Shown here: piece after piece, positions 36,040 through 49,543 of the stretch
How positions within the stretch are numbered: the stretch's first letter is position 1
Layout: each line of letters opens with the position of its first letter
Assembly: GCA_002269645.1 (NCBI GenBank)
Contig: NIVC01000195.1
Location: 496,001 to 560,000 of the forward strand
From: Macrostomum lignano
Lineage: Eukaryota
DNA: 64,000 bases
Reading direction: 5' to 3'
Made by a program: the position numbers and the translations under genes
Notes under the pieces: model-generated
The model's input: only the letters and a program-made list of their open reading frames with translations
Database searches by the model: none
What the model was told of the DNA's origin: nothing

Positions 36040-37660
36040 GCTAAGATTTCAAGGCTGGTATGGGAAATTTCAGTGATATCAAGACTCATGGGAGAATTTC
36101 TAAGATCTCAAGGCTCAGTGGTAATTGCTATAATGATGTGATTCTGGGGAGAATTGCTTTGATTTCAAAGCTTGAGTTCAATTGCTGCGATGTCGATCTT
36201 AATGAGGGAATTTCTGAGATGTCAAGGCTTACTGAGGAATTATTGAGATTTCAAGGCTTACTGGGCCATGGGCCAGATCAAGGCCCATGGGAGAAATTCG
36301 GAGATGTCTTGTCAAGGCTCAGAGGGAAATTCCTATACTGATGTGATTCTGGGCAGAATTGCTTTGATTTCAAAGTTCATTTGAGAAATTGCTGAGGTAT
36401 CAAGGCTCATTAAAATTATTTGCTGTCACGGCTCATGGAGATAATTTCTGGAATGCTGTGGCTCTTGGGGAATTGCCGACATTTTTAGGGTAAGAGTAAG
36501 ACGTAAACCATATAAATGAATAGGCCTGTCTAACATTAAATACTTATTGGGAATTGCTAAGTTGTCAAGGCTCATGGGGGGATATCCGAATTATAATGTG
36601 GCTCAATGCTCAGGGGGATTGTTGTGATTGCAGCACCTGCTCATATTGCCGAAATTTTGTGTCTCAAATAGGAGTTGCTGAGATATCAAGGCTCATTGGG
36701 GAATAGCTGAGATTTCAAAGCTCACGGGGGATCCCTGTAATGCTGTGGGCTGTGACTCTTGGGTATTGCTGAGATACTAAGGTTCACAGGGGAATGGCTG
36801 AGATTTCAAAGGCTCCTAAAGGGAATAGCTGAAATTCAGGAAATGTCAAGGTTCATTGGGTAATTGTTGAAATGCTGTGGTTCATAGTGGGAATAGCTGA
36901 AATGCTGTGACTTGGCAGGGTTAGGGTTCAATCATAGGACCCGTGTGAAAGTGCCAAGATATCAAAAGGTTAGTCGCTCAATTTTCAGGCTCCTGGGAAA
37001 ATTGCTAAGATTTCAAAAGCTCCTTGGGGAATTTTTGAAATTCTTGGGCTGAGAAGGAGTTGCTGAAATGCTGTGACTCGGCTGCAGATAAAGGGTTATG
37101 GTTTGGGTTCAATTATAGAGCCATCGTCGTGTCAATCATAAATGATTCATTAAGGAATTTCTAAGATTAAAGGCTCTTGGCGCGAATTAGTTATATGCTT
37201 TGGCTCTTCGGGAATTGGTGACAGGTCAAGGCTTTCGGTGAAATTTAGATTTCAAAGCTTATGAGGAAGTTACTTAAATGCTCAGGCTCAAGGCTCACGG
37301 GGGAGATTGCTAACATGCCAAGACTCACTTATGGGTTAGGGTTAGGGGCTTAGGGTCAGTTTTGGTTCAATCATAGAATAACCACTCTGTTAACCATCAA
37401 CTAAAGACTTGCTAAGATGGGAGTTGCTAAGATATCAAAGCTCATGGATGGAATCGCTGAGTTGACAAGGCTCATGAAGAAATTGCTGAGATATCAAGGC
37501 TCATAAGGGGATTGCTGAATTCTTGGGGGAGGGGAGTTAGGTTGTTGGGATGTCAAGGCTTACTGGGGGAATTGGTGAGATTTCAAGGCTTACTGGGGGA
37601 ATTGCTGATATGTCAAGGCTTACTGGGGAGGAATTGCTAAGATGCCAAGGCTCATGGACT
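36040..37660 (+). repeat. Degenerate ~30-bp repeat array (GGGGAATTGCTGAGATTTCAAGGCT-type)
   Basis: Clean copies at 37550-37650 (TACTGGGGGAATTG..GA..T.TCAAGGCT); the same motif recurs in the 3' modules of A, B, C, G and K. Confidence 0.75.
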
Positions 37661-38140
37661 CATGGTTGTTGGGCGATTGTCAGGTAGTCAGGTAGTACGG
37701 CTGAAGTAGCTGATGTAATTCAGATAATGAAATTGTACACACAAGTGATGCTGATTTCTGCTAATAGGAAATACCAGCGCATTTATTAAAGGTTTCATTC
37801 TTTGATTTAGGCCAATAAGAGAGTCTAAGGACGTCAATGATTTGCATATTTGCTGCGGATCAGAATATGCCCGGCCAGCGACGATATGCACTAAGAGTTT
37901 GTGCTTGAAAGGATAAGCACTATTTGCTGATTGAGAAAGGGTTTTGGGCTGATGAAGGAAACTTTTTTGGCTGATGAAAGTTCTGATTCATGGCAATTTA
38001 TTTTTGCCAAAATGAGAAAAGGTAATTTTTGATTAATGGAAATCAACATTTTGGATAATTAAAGTAAGGTTACTCTTGTGTCAAAAAAAAAACCAATTGG
38101 TGTCATTTTCGGGCTCCCCAGCGGGGGGCTAAATGGCTAG

Positions 38141-41100
38141 TCCTATATACTAAAAATGAGTTGTCTGTGGGTAGGTAGGTAGGTATGCGATAGATTTCAG
38201 AAAAAATGGCTCAACCGATTTTCTTCAAACTTGCACCATTTGATCAGAAATTTTCCTGGGACGGTACATGCATCTTGGCTAAGAAATTGCTCAATGTTAA
38301 AGGGATTAAATATTCGAAAAACATGCTTTTTTGCAAAGGTCAAGCCAAATTTTCGACTTGAAATGCATTGTAAGAATGCTAGATAAAAAACTGACTGACT
38401 GAATTCCGATTGTGATAAAGATTGCATCACAACAAGTTCAAAACAGTGCCGAAGAAAAGCACACACGACTTGATTTAAATTGCGTAACCGTATTGCTAAC
38501 TTAAATTGAGACTGATACTGGCTGACTGAGAAATTGATATGTCATAACTTTTTACTCCAATTGACTTGCTGTAAGAATTGAATTATAAGGGCCACAATTC
38601 ATGTTCTCCAATTGAAAAGAGATAGCCCTGATGCGAACAGACTGGAATGCTAATGTAGCGACCTGGGTTCGAATCTTAGTATTGCAAAAAGATTTTTTTT
38701 ATTAAAACACCCTAACAACACAACAAAACTGCTAAACATCAAAGAAGCGCAATGTCAAACATAGAAGAGCCACCATGTCAAACATAAAAGAGCCACCATG
38801 TCAAACATAAAAGAGCTACCATTTCGAACATTAAAGAGCCACCATTTTGAACATTAAAGAGCCACCATTTCGAACATTAAAGAGCCCCCATTTTAAACAT
38901 TAAAGAGCCACCATGTCAAACAATTAAGAGCCACCATGTCAAACATTTAGGAGCCACCATGTCAAACATTTAAGAGCCACTATGTCAAACATTTTAGAGC
39001 CACCATGTCAAACATATATGTGACGTTATGTCAAACATTAAAGAGCCACCATGTCGAACATTAAAGAGCCACCATGTGTAACATAAAAGGGCTATATCAT
39101 GAATAACATTAAAGAGCTACCATGTCGAACATTAGAGAGCCACCATATAGAATTTTAAAGAGCCACCATGTTAAACATTAAAGAGCCACCATGTGAAACA
39201 TTAAAGAGCCACCATGTCAAACATTTAGGAGCCACCATGTCAAACCTAAAAGAGCCACCATGTCGAACATAAAAGAGCCACCATTTCAAACATTGAAGAG
39301 CCACCATTTCGAACATTAAAGAGCCACCATGTCAAACAATTAAGAGCCACCATGTCAAACATATATGTGACGTTATGTCAAACATTAAAGAGCCACCATT
39401 TCAAACATTAAAGAGACACCATGTCTAACATTAAAGTGCCACAATTTCAAACATTAAAGATCCATCATGTCGAACATTAAAGAGTCACCATGTCTGACAT
39501 TAAAGAGCCACAATGTCTAACATTAAAGAGCCACCATGTCGAACATTAAAGAGCCACCATGTCGAACATTAAAGAGCCACCATGTCCAACATATATGTGA
39601 CTTCATGTCAAACATTAAAGAGCCACCATGTCTAACATTAAAGAGCCACCATGTCGAACATAAAAGAGCCACTATGTCAAACATTAAAGAGCCACCATGT
39701 CGAACATTAAAGAGCCACCATGTCCAACATATATGTGACTTCATGTCAAACATTAAAGAGCCATCAGGTCGAACATTAAAGAGCCACCATGTCAAATATA
39801 AAAGGACCACCATGTCAAACATTAAAGAGGCACCATGTCAAAAATTAACAGCCACCATGTCTAACATTATAGAGCCACCATGTCGAACATTAAAGAACTA
39901 CCATTTCGAACATTAAAGAGCCACCATGTCGAAAATAAAAAAGCCACCATGTAGAACATTAAAGAGCCACCATGTCAAACATAAAAGAGCCACCATTTCA
40001 AACATTAAAGAGGCACCATGTCAAACATTAAAAAGCCACCATGTCGAACATTAAAGAGCCACCATGTTAAACATTAAAGAGCCACCATGTGAAACATTAA
40101 AGAGCCACCATGTCAAACATTAAAGAGCCATCATTACATTAAAGTGCCACCAGGTCAAAAATTAAAGAGCCACCATGTCAAACATTTAGGAGCCACCATG
40201 TCAAACATTTAAGAGCCACTACGTCAAACATTTTAGAGCCACCATGTCAAACATATATGTGACGTTATGTCAAACATTAAAGAGCCACCATGTCGAACAT
40301 TAAAGAGCCACCATGTGTAACATAAAAGGGCTATATCATGAAGAACATTAAAGAGCTACCATGTCGAACATTAGGGAGCCACCATATAGAATTTTAAAGA
40401 CCCACCATGTCAAACATAAAAGAGCCACCATGTCAAACATAAAAGAGCCACCATGTCAAACATAAAAGAGCTACCATTTCGAACATTAAAGAGCCACCAT
40501 TTTGAACATTAAAGAGCCACCATTTCGAACATTAAAGAGCCCCCATTTTAAACATTAAAGAGCCACCATGTCAAACAATTAAGAGCCACCATGTCAAACA
40601 TTTAGGAGCCACCATGTCAAACATTTAAGAGCCACTATGTCAAACATTTTAGAGCCACCATGTCAAACATATATGTGACGTTATGTCAAACATTAAAGAG
40701 CCACCATGTCGAACATTAAAGAGCCACCATGTGTAACATAAAAGGGCTATATCATGAAGAACATTAAAGAGCTACCATGTTGAACATTAGAAAGCCACCA
40801 TATAGAATTTTAAAGAGCCACCATGTTAAACATTAAAGAGCCACCATGTGAAACATTAAAGAGCCACCATGTCAAACATTTAGGAGCCACCATGTCAAAC
40901 CTAAAAGAGCCACCATGTCGAACATAAAAGAGCCACCATTTCAAACATTGAAGAGCCACCATTTCGAACATTAAAGAGCCACCATGTCAAACAATTAAGA
41001 GCCACCATGTCAAACATATATGTGACGTTATGTCAAACATTAAAGAGCCACCATTTCAAACATTAAAGAGACACCATGTCTAACATTAAAGTGCCACAAT

Positions 41101-43819
41101 TTCAAACATTAAAGATCCATCATGTCGAACATTAAAGAGCCACCATGTCTGACATTAAAGAGCCACAATGTCTAACATTAAAGAGCCACCATGTCGAACA
41201 TTAAAGAGCCACCATGTCGAACATGAAAGAGCCACCATGTCCAACATATATGTGACTTCATGTCAAACATTAAAGAGCCACCATGTCGAACATTAAAGAG
41301 CCACCATGTCCAACATATATGTGACTTCATGTCAAACATTAAAGAGCCATCAGGTCGAACATTAAAGAGCCACCATGTCAAATATAAAAGGACCACCATG
41401 TCAAACATTAAAGAGGCACCATGTCAAAAATTAACAGCCACCATGTCTAACATTAAAGAGCCACCATGTCGAACATTAAAGAGCCACCAAGTCGAACATT
41501 ATAGAGCCACCATGTCGAACATTAAAGAACTACCATTTCGAACATTAAAGAGCCACCATGTCGAAAATAAAAAAGCCACCATGTAGAACATTAAAGAGCC
41601 ATCATGTCAAACATAAAAGAGCCACCATTTCAAACATTAAAGAGGCACCATGTCGAACATTAAAAAGCCACCATGTCGAACATTAAAGAGCCACCATGTT
41701 AAACATTAAAGAGCCACCATGTGAAACATTAAAGAGCCACCATGTCAAACATTAAAGAGCCACCATGTCAAACATAAAAGAGCCACCATGTCAAACATAA
41801 AAGAGCTATCATGTTAAACATTAAAGAGCCACCATGTCAAACATAAAAGAGCCACCATGTCAAAAATAAAAGAGCAACCATGTCAAACATATATGTGACT
41901 CCATGTCAAGCAGTAAAGAGCCACCATGTCAAGCATAAAAAAGCCACCATGTCGAACATAAAAGAGCCCCATGTCAAACATTAAAAAGCCACAATGTCAA
42001 ACATTAAAGAGACACCATGTCGAACATCATGTCAAACACTAAAGAGCCACCATGTCAAACATAAAAGAGCCACTATGTCAAACAATAAGGAGACACCATG
42101 TTAGACATTAAAAAAACCCCGAATCAAACATAAAAGAGCCACCATGTAGAACATAAAAGAGCCATCATGTCAAACATTAAAGAGGCACCATGTCGAACAT
42201 TAAAAAGCCACCATGTCAAACATTAAAGAGCCACCATGTCGAACATAAAAAAACCACCATGTCCAACATAAAAGAGCCACCATGTCAAACATTAAAGAGC
42301 CACCATGTCGAACATAAAAGAACCACCATGTCGAACATTAAAGAGCCACCATGTCGAACATTAAAAAGCCACCATGTCGAACATAAAAGAACCACCATGT
42401 CGAACATAAAAGAGCCACCATGTCAAACATTAAAGAGGCACCATGTCGAACATAAAAAAGCCACCATGTCGAACATTATAGAGCCACCATGTCGAACATA
42501 AAAGAACCACCATGTCGAACATAAAAGAGCCACTATGTCAAACATTAAAGAGCCACCAAGTCGAACATTATAGAGCCGCCATGTCGAACATAAAAGAAAC
42601 ACCATGTCGAACATAAAAGAGCCACTATGTCAAACATAAAAATAGCCATTATGTCGAACATTAAAGAGCCACCATGTCCAACATATATGTGACTCCATGT
42701 TAAACATTAAAGAGCCGTCATGTCAAACATAACAGAGCCAGCATGTCAAACATAAAAGGACCACCATGTCAAACAATAAAGAGGCACCATGTCGAACATT
42801 AAAAAGCCACCATGTTTAACATTAAAGAGCCACCATGTCGAACATTAAAGAGCTGCCATGTCAAACATTAAAGAGCCACCATGTCAAACATTAAAGAGCC
42901 ACCATGTCAAATATTAAAGAGCCACTCCATTCAACCATCAAGAGTGCCACCATGTCAAACATTAAAGAGCCACCATGTCAAACATTAACGAGTCACCATG
43001 TCAAGTATATTCGTGACTCCATGTCAACCATAAAAGAGCCACCATGTCAAACATAAAAGAGCCACCACGTCAAACATTAAAGAGCCACCATGTCAAACAT
43101 TAAAGAGCCACCATGTCAAACATAAAAGAGCCATCATGTTAAACATAAAAGAGCCATCATGTTAAACATTAAAGAGCCACCATGTCAAACATAAAAGAGC
43201 CACCATGTCAAAAAAAAAGCAACCATGTCAAACATAAAGAGCCCCATGTCAAGCATAAAGAGCCACCATGTCAACATAAAAGCCACCATGTCGAACATAA
43301 AAGAGCCATGTCAAACATTAAAGAGCCACCATGTCAAACATTAAAGAGAGTCCACATGTCAAACATAAAGAGACCATGTCAAACATAAAAGAGCACTATA
43401 AACAAAAGAGACCCCGAATCAAACATAAAAGAGCCACCATGTAGAACATAAAAGAGCCACCATGTCAAACATTAAAGAGCCACCATAAAAGATACACAAT
43501 TTCAAACGTAAAAGTAAGCGTCATGCCAATTTTAAAGGAACCACTGTAGAGCTTAGGAAATTGTTGCACTAGCTACTTATTGTCTGGGGGATGCTTGCCA
43601 TTTGGGGGATGCTTGCTATCTGGGGGATGCTTGCTATCTGAGGGATGCTTGCCATCTGGGGGATGCTTGTTGTCTTGGGATAATTTCTTTTTGCATTACA
43701 CTTTATTTGAGCAGTTTGTCTGTTGTCTTTGTGAAGGCTTTATTTGGCTGTCTTTTTGTTACTTGAAGAGAACAGAGATTCTATCCAGATTTCCCCCAAC
43801 GGGGGGCGAAGATTGCTAG
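38141..43819 (+). mobile_element. Full-length non-autonomous Helitron-like element M (satellite b type)
   Basis: TCCTATATACTAAAAATG at 38141 with a (GTAG)n microsatellite; satellite b 38750-43490; short 18-mer block; hairpin and CTAG 43816-43819. Confidence 0.85.
38750..43490 (+). repeat. 23-bp satellite b array in M
   Basis: Tandem units with an internal ~1.65-kb block duplication. Confidence 0.95.
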
Positions 43820-46800
43820 TCCTATATACTAAAAATGAGTTGTCTGTGGGTAGGTAGGTAGGTATGCGATAGATTTCAGAAAAAATGGCTCAACCGATTT
43901 TCTTCAAACTTGCACCATTTAATCAGAAATTTTCCTGGGACGGTACATGCATCTTGGCTAAGAAATTGCTCAATGTTAAAGGGATTAAATATTCGAAAAA
44001 CATGCTTTTTTGCAAAGGTCAAGCCAAATTTTCGACTTGAAATGCATTGTAAGAATGCTAGATAAAAAACTGACTGACTGAATTCCGATTGTGATAAAGA
44101 TTGCATCACAACAAGTTCAAAACAGTGCCGAAGAAAAGCACACACGACTTGATTTAAATTGCGTAACCGTATTGCTAACTTAAATTGAGACTGATACTGG
44201 CTGACTGAGAAATTGATTATGTCATAACTTTTTACTCCAATTGACTTGCTGTAAGAATTGAATTATAAGGGCCACAATTCATGTTCTCCAATTGAAAAGA
44301 GATAGCCCTGATGCGAACAGACTGGAATGCTAATGTAGCGACCTGGGTTCGAATCTTAGTATTGCAAAAAGATTTTTTTTATTAAAACACCCTAAAAACA
44401 CAACAAAACTGCTAAACATCAAAGAAGCGCAATGTCAAACATAGAAGAGCCAACATATCGAACAAAAAAGAGTTACCATGTCAAACATGGAAGAGCCACC
44501 ATGTCGAACATTAAAGAGCCACCATGTCAAACATAAAAGACCCACCATGTCAAACATAAAAGAGCCACCATGTCAAACATAAAAGAGCCACCATGTCAAA
44601 CATAAAAGAGCTACCATTTCGAACATTAAAGAGCCACCATTTTGAACATTAAAGAGCCACCATTTCGAACATTAAAGAGCCCCCATTTTAAACATTAAAG
44701 AGCCACCATGTCAAACAATTAAGAGCCACCATGTCAAACATTTAGGAGCCACCATGTCAAACATTTAAGAGCCACTATGTCAAACATTTTAGAGCCACCA
44801 TGTCAAACATATATGTGACGTTATGTCAAACATTAAAGACCCACCATGTCGAACATTAAAGAGCCACCATGTGTAACATAAAAGGGCTATATCATGAAGA
44901 ACATTAAAGAGCTACCATGTCGAACATTAGAGAGCCACCATATAGAATTTTAAAGAGCCACCATGTTAAACATTAAAGAGCCACCATGTGAAACATTAAA
45001 GAGCCACCATGTCAAACATTTAGGAGCCACCATGTCAAACCTAAAAGAGCCACCATGTCGAACATAAAAGAGCCACCATTTCAAACATCGAAGAGCCACC
45101 ATTTCGAACATTAAAGAGCCACCATGTCAAACAATTAAGAGCCACCATGTCAAACATATATGTGACGTTATGTCAAACATTAAAGAGCCACCATTTCAAA
45201 CATTAAAGAGACACCATGTCTAACATTAAAGTGCCACAATTTCAAACATTAAAGATCCATCATGTCGAACATTAAAGAGCCACCATGTCTGACATTAAAG
45301 AGCCACCATGTCTAACATTAAAGAGCCACCATGTCTAACATTAAAGAGCCACCATGTCGAACATTAAAGAGCCACCATGTCGAACATTAAAGAGCCACCA
45401 TGTCCAACATATATGTGACTTCATGTCAAACATTAAAGAGCCATCAGGTCGAACATTAAAGAGCCACCATGTCAAATATAAAAGGACCACCATGTCAAAC
45501 ATTAAAGAGGCACCATGTCAAAAATTAACAGCCACCATGTCTAACATTAAAGAGCCACCATGTCGAACATTATAGAGCCACCATGTCGAACATTAAAGAA
45601 CTACCATTTCGAACATTAAAGAGCCACCATGTCGAAAATAAAAAAGCCACCATGTAGAACATTAAAGAGCCATCATGTCAAACATAAAAGAGCCACCATT
45701 TCAAACATTAAAGAGGCACCATGTCGAACATTAAAAAGCCACCATGTCGAACATTAAAGAGTCACCATGTTAAACATTAAAGAGCCACCATGTGAAACAT
45801 TAAAGAGCCACCATGTCAAACATTAAAGAGCCATCATTACATTAAAGTGCCACCAGGTCAAAAATTAAAGAGCCACCATGTCAAACATTAACGAGTCACC
45901 ATGTCAAGTATATTCGTGACTCCATGTCAACCATAAAAGAGCCACCACGTCAAACATTAAAGAGCCACCATGTCAAACATAAAAGAGCCACCATGTCAAA
46001 CATAAAAGAGCCATCATGTTAAACATTAAAGAGCCACCATGTCAAACATAAAAGAGCCACCATGTCAAAAATAAAAGAGCAACCATGTCAAACATATATG
46101 TGACTCCATGTCAAGCAGTAAAGAGCCACCATGTCAAGCATAAAAAAGCCACCATGTCGAACATAAAAGAGCCCCATGTCAAACATTAAAAAGCCACAAT
46201 GTCAAACATTAAAGAGACACCATGTCGAACATCATGTCAAACACTAAAGAGCCACCATGTCAAACATAAAAGAGCCACTATGTCAAACATTAAGGAGACA
46301 CCATGTTAGACATTAAAAAAACCCCGAATCAAACATAAAAGAGCCACCATGTAGAACATAAAAGAGCCATCATGTCAAACATTAAAGAGGCACCATGTCG
46401 AACATAAAAGAGCCACCATTTCAAACATCGAAGAGCCACCATTTCGAACATTAAAGAGCCACCATGTCAAACAATTAAGAGCCACCATGTCAAACATATA
46501 TGTGACGTTATGTCAAACATTAAAGAGCCACCATTTCAAACATTAAAGAGACACCATGTCTAACATTAAAGTGCCACAATTTCAAACATTAAAGATCCAT
46601 CATGTCGAACATTAAAGAGCCACCATGTCTGACATTAAAGAGCCACAATGTCTAACATTAAAGAGCCACCATGTCCAACATATATGTGACTTCATGTCAA
46701 ACATTAAAGAGCCACCATGTCTAACATTAAAGAGCCACCATGTCGAACATTAAAGAGCCACCATGTCAAACATAAAAGAGCCACCATGTCGAACATTAAA

Positions 46801-47736
46801 GAGCCACCATGTCCAACATATATGTGACTTCATGTCAAACATTAAAGAGCCATCAGGTCGAACATTAAAGAGCCACCATGTCAAATATAAAAGGACCACC
46901 ATGTCAAACATTAAAGAGGCACCATGTCAAAAATTAACAGCCACCATGTCTAACATTAAAGAGCCACCATGTCGAACATTAAAGAGCCACCAAGTCGAAC
47001 ATTATAGAGCCACCATGTCGAACATTAAAGAACTACCATTTCGAACATTAAAGAGCCACCATGTCGAAAATAAAAAAGCCACCATGTAGAACATTAAAGA
47101 GCCATCATGTCAAACATAAAAGAGCCACCATTTCAAACATTAAAGAGGCACCATGTCGAACATTAAAAAGCCACCATGTCGAACATTAAAGAGCCACCAT
47201 GTTAAACATTAAAGAGCCACCATGTAAAACATTAAAGAGCCACCATGTCAAACATTAAAGAGCCATCATTACATTAAAGTGCCACCAGGTCAAAAATTAA
47301 AGAGCCACCATGTCAAACATTAACGAGTCACCATGTCAAGTATATTCGTGACTCCATGTCAACCATAAAAGAGCCACCATGTCAAACATTAAAGAGCCAC
47401 CATAAAAGATACACAATTTCAAACGTAAAAGTAAGCGTCATGCCAATTTTAAAGGAACCACTGTAGAGCTTAGGAAATTGTTGCACTAGCTACTTATTGT
47501 CTGGGGGATGCTTGCCATTTGGGGGATGCTTGCTATCTGGGGGATGCTTGCTATCTGAGGGATGCTTGCCATCTGGGGGATGCTTGTTGTCTTGGGATAA
47601 TTTCTTTTTGCATTACACTTTATTTGAGCAGTTTGTCTGTTGTCTTTGTGAAGGCTTTATTTGGCTGTCTTTTTGTTACTTGAAGAGAACAGAGATTCTA
47701 TCCAGATTTCCCCCAACGGGGGGCGAAGATTGCTAG
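43820..47736 (+). mobile_element. Full-length non-autonomous Helitron-like element N (sister of M)
   Basis: TCCTATATACTAAAAATG at 43820; satellite b 44430-47403; 3' module nearly identical to M; CTAG 47733-47736 followed by T. Confidence 0.85.
44430..47403 (+). repeat. 23-bp satellite b array in N
   Basis: Tandem units; blocks shared with M in a different order. Confidence 0.95.
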
Positions 47737-48058
47737 TAATAATACTAATTTGCAAACAATAGTAACTATTTCGTTGCTAGCAAATCCTGATTGGCGTGGT
47801 CACTCAAATATATACATACTACTACTAGTACCCTACTCAAGATTTGTCTCCACTGCAAGAGGTACTATAGCTCGTAAATAAACCGGACTCGTTACAAAAT
47901 AACTACATGTATCGATGAAGCCGTTTAGTGCATATTTCTTTTGTTGATGGGAGGTGCCCCCACTTTTTCTTTCACGTCTGGATTCTGTTTAGCGCTATCA
48001 GGTGGTTCAAACTAGCTAAACTCGTAGAATATTGATTTGTCCAGCAATAAAATGCATC

Positions 48059-48272
48059 GGGTCGCCATCATAAGCTCGAAAAATCACATCGTCGAAAACA
48101 AGGCTCCATCACAAGCTCGAAAAGTCGTAAGCTCGAAAATCACATCGTCGAAAACTGATTTAGCAGCCACCATCAAGAGCTTGTGAATTTTCGAGCTTAT
48201 GATGGAGGTTGCTAGACTTTTCGACGATATGATTTTTCGAGCATATGATTTTTCGAGCTTGTGATGGGCCCC
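48059..48272. mobile_element. MITE-like foldback element with ~25-bp TIRs and a 12-bp flanking direct repeat
   Basis: Left end GGGTCGCCATCATAAGCTCGAAAAA; right end reverse complement GGGGCCCATCACAAGCTCGAAAAA; ATAAAATGCATC at 48047-48058 and 48273-48284. Confidence 0.7.
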
Positions 48273-49543
48273 ATAAAATGCATCTGCATTTGCGTTTATT
48301 TACGAGTATTGTTATCAACGGCTTCTCCAAGGAGCCGCCCAAGCAAAAATGACGTCAGCCTAAAAAACGGCACAAAATTTAACAAAGTGCTTTCTCTGCT
48401 ATACATGTGCATCCTGTGGACCGCGGATCCGCCCTCACCCGATTGCTTCCCAACCAACTGAAGTAGCCCGAAGTGACATGCGCTCCAGTTCTTGAAGTCT
48501 ATGTGTATGTATCCGATAGAGCATATTATTGCTCTACCTGAGTGTTCTACACTTCTGGATGCGTCCATGCAGAGGATCCCGGGTGAGGGCCACTTCGGGG
48601 GGGGGGGTTATTATAAGCGGTTATATAATTACTTGTAGCCTACCGTAAGCACTGAAGTGGTAAACTGTTTTAGTGTTAAGAGTGCAAAATCTGATCAACA
48701 AAATGGATCAGGCGGCCTGACTGGATCGAGGGGGCAGACACCCCTTAAAATAATATGGCAAAGTAAAGTGGTCTTTGGTAAAGTCGTCCCAAAAACCTAG
48801 GCAATTCTGATCCCGCAGCCTACTGAGCACACACAAGCGCGCCAACACTGTACGCAGGCCCGCACTCGTACACACACGCTCACACGGGGTGTACAACGCC
48901 CCCCCCCCACCCGCGACTTTCTAAATGTCGGGCAAGCCCCAAATGAATGTGGACGCACGGAATCGAACTAGGGGTCCTGGCGCGAGTCAGCCTGTCCCAC
49001 GAGTGCCAGCCCCACTGGCACATCGTTCGAACGCGCAAACTGGCATGGTTTGCTTCTACGGACGGCGAAAGCTTTAAATCTCCATGCGCTACACTGCACA
49101 GTGTGTGCACGAGTGCATGGGCAATGAAGAGCAGGAAACGCACGAATTTAGCGCCAAGATCGGCAGCGGTTGTTATGCGGGTTTATGCTGTTTTTGTTTT
49201 CTTTTGAGGATTTTTACTCTATCGACAACGGCCATGCAGCAAAGTAAAAAGGGGATCTCAGCAGATTTTAGAGGCTGCAGTAAAAAAGAACAGCGCAGTA
49301 AAATGAAGCGTCGAGCGGCTGCACAGGAAGTCGCGAAGGTAAAAAGCAGGCCTTCAAACGTTTGGAGAGGAATCAGGGAGTAGAGGTAAAAATATTCGCA
49401 ATAAAGTCGCAATCAATCAAAACAATCCGATAGGGAAATTCAGTCGAAAACAGGCCGACACCTGGCCTTGGAACATGATGGGGCATTGCAAGGGTAGAGT
49501 GGAATAACTCCCCGGTTCGTCGCTTTGCCTGGGTCAGAGTCAG

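Larger units (their letters stand above)
33021..38140 (+). mobile_element. Older, degenerate composite Helitron-like element L
   Basis: TCTAAATATACTAAA start; two partial cores; fragment of family 2 (~33690-33810); ~30-bp degenerate array; hairpin GCTCCCC-AGC-GGGGGGC and CTAG 38137-38140. Internal continuity as a single element is inferred. Confidence 0.55.

Noticed and set aside
1038-47403. 23-24-bp repeat arrays as CRISPR arrays
   Set aside because: The units are directly adjacent with no unique spacers, there are no cas genes, and the context is eukaryotic.
1-47736. Autonomous Helitron (RepHel) or any transposase/RT ORF
   Set aside because: No long non-repetitive ORF exists in this region.
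48425-48600. Short inverted matches GCCCTCACCCG / CGGGTGAGGGC and CCCGAAGTG / CACTTCGGG
   Set aside because: The arms are short and not colinear, with no TSD; insufficient to call an element or structured RNA.
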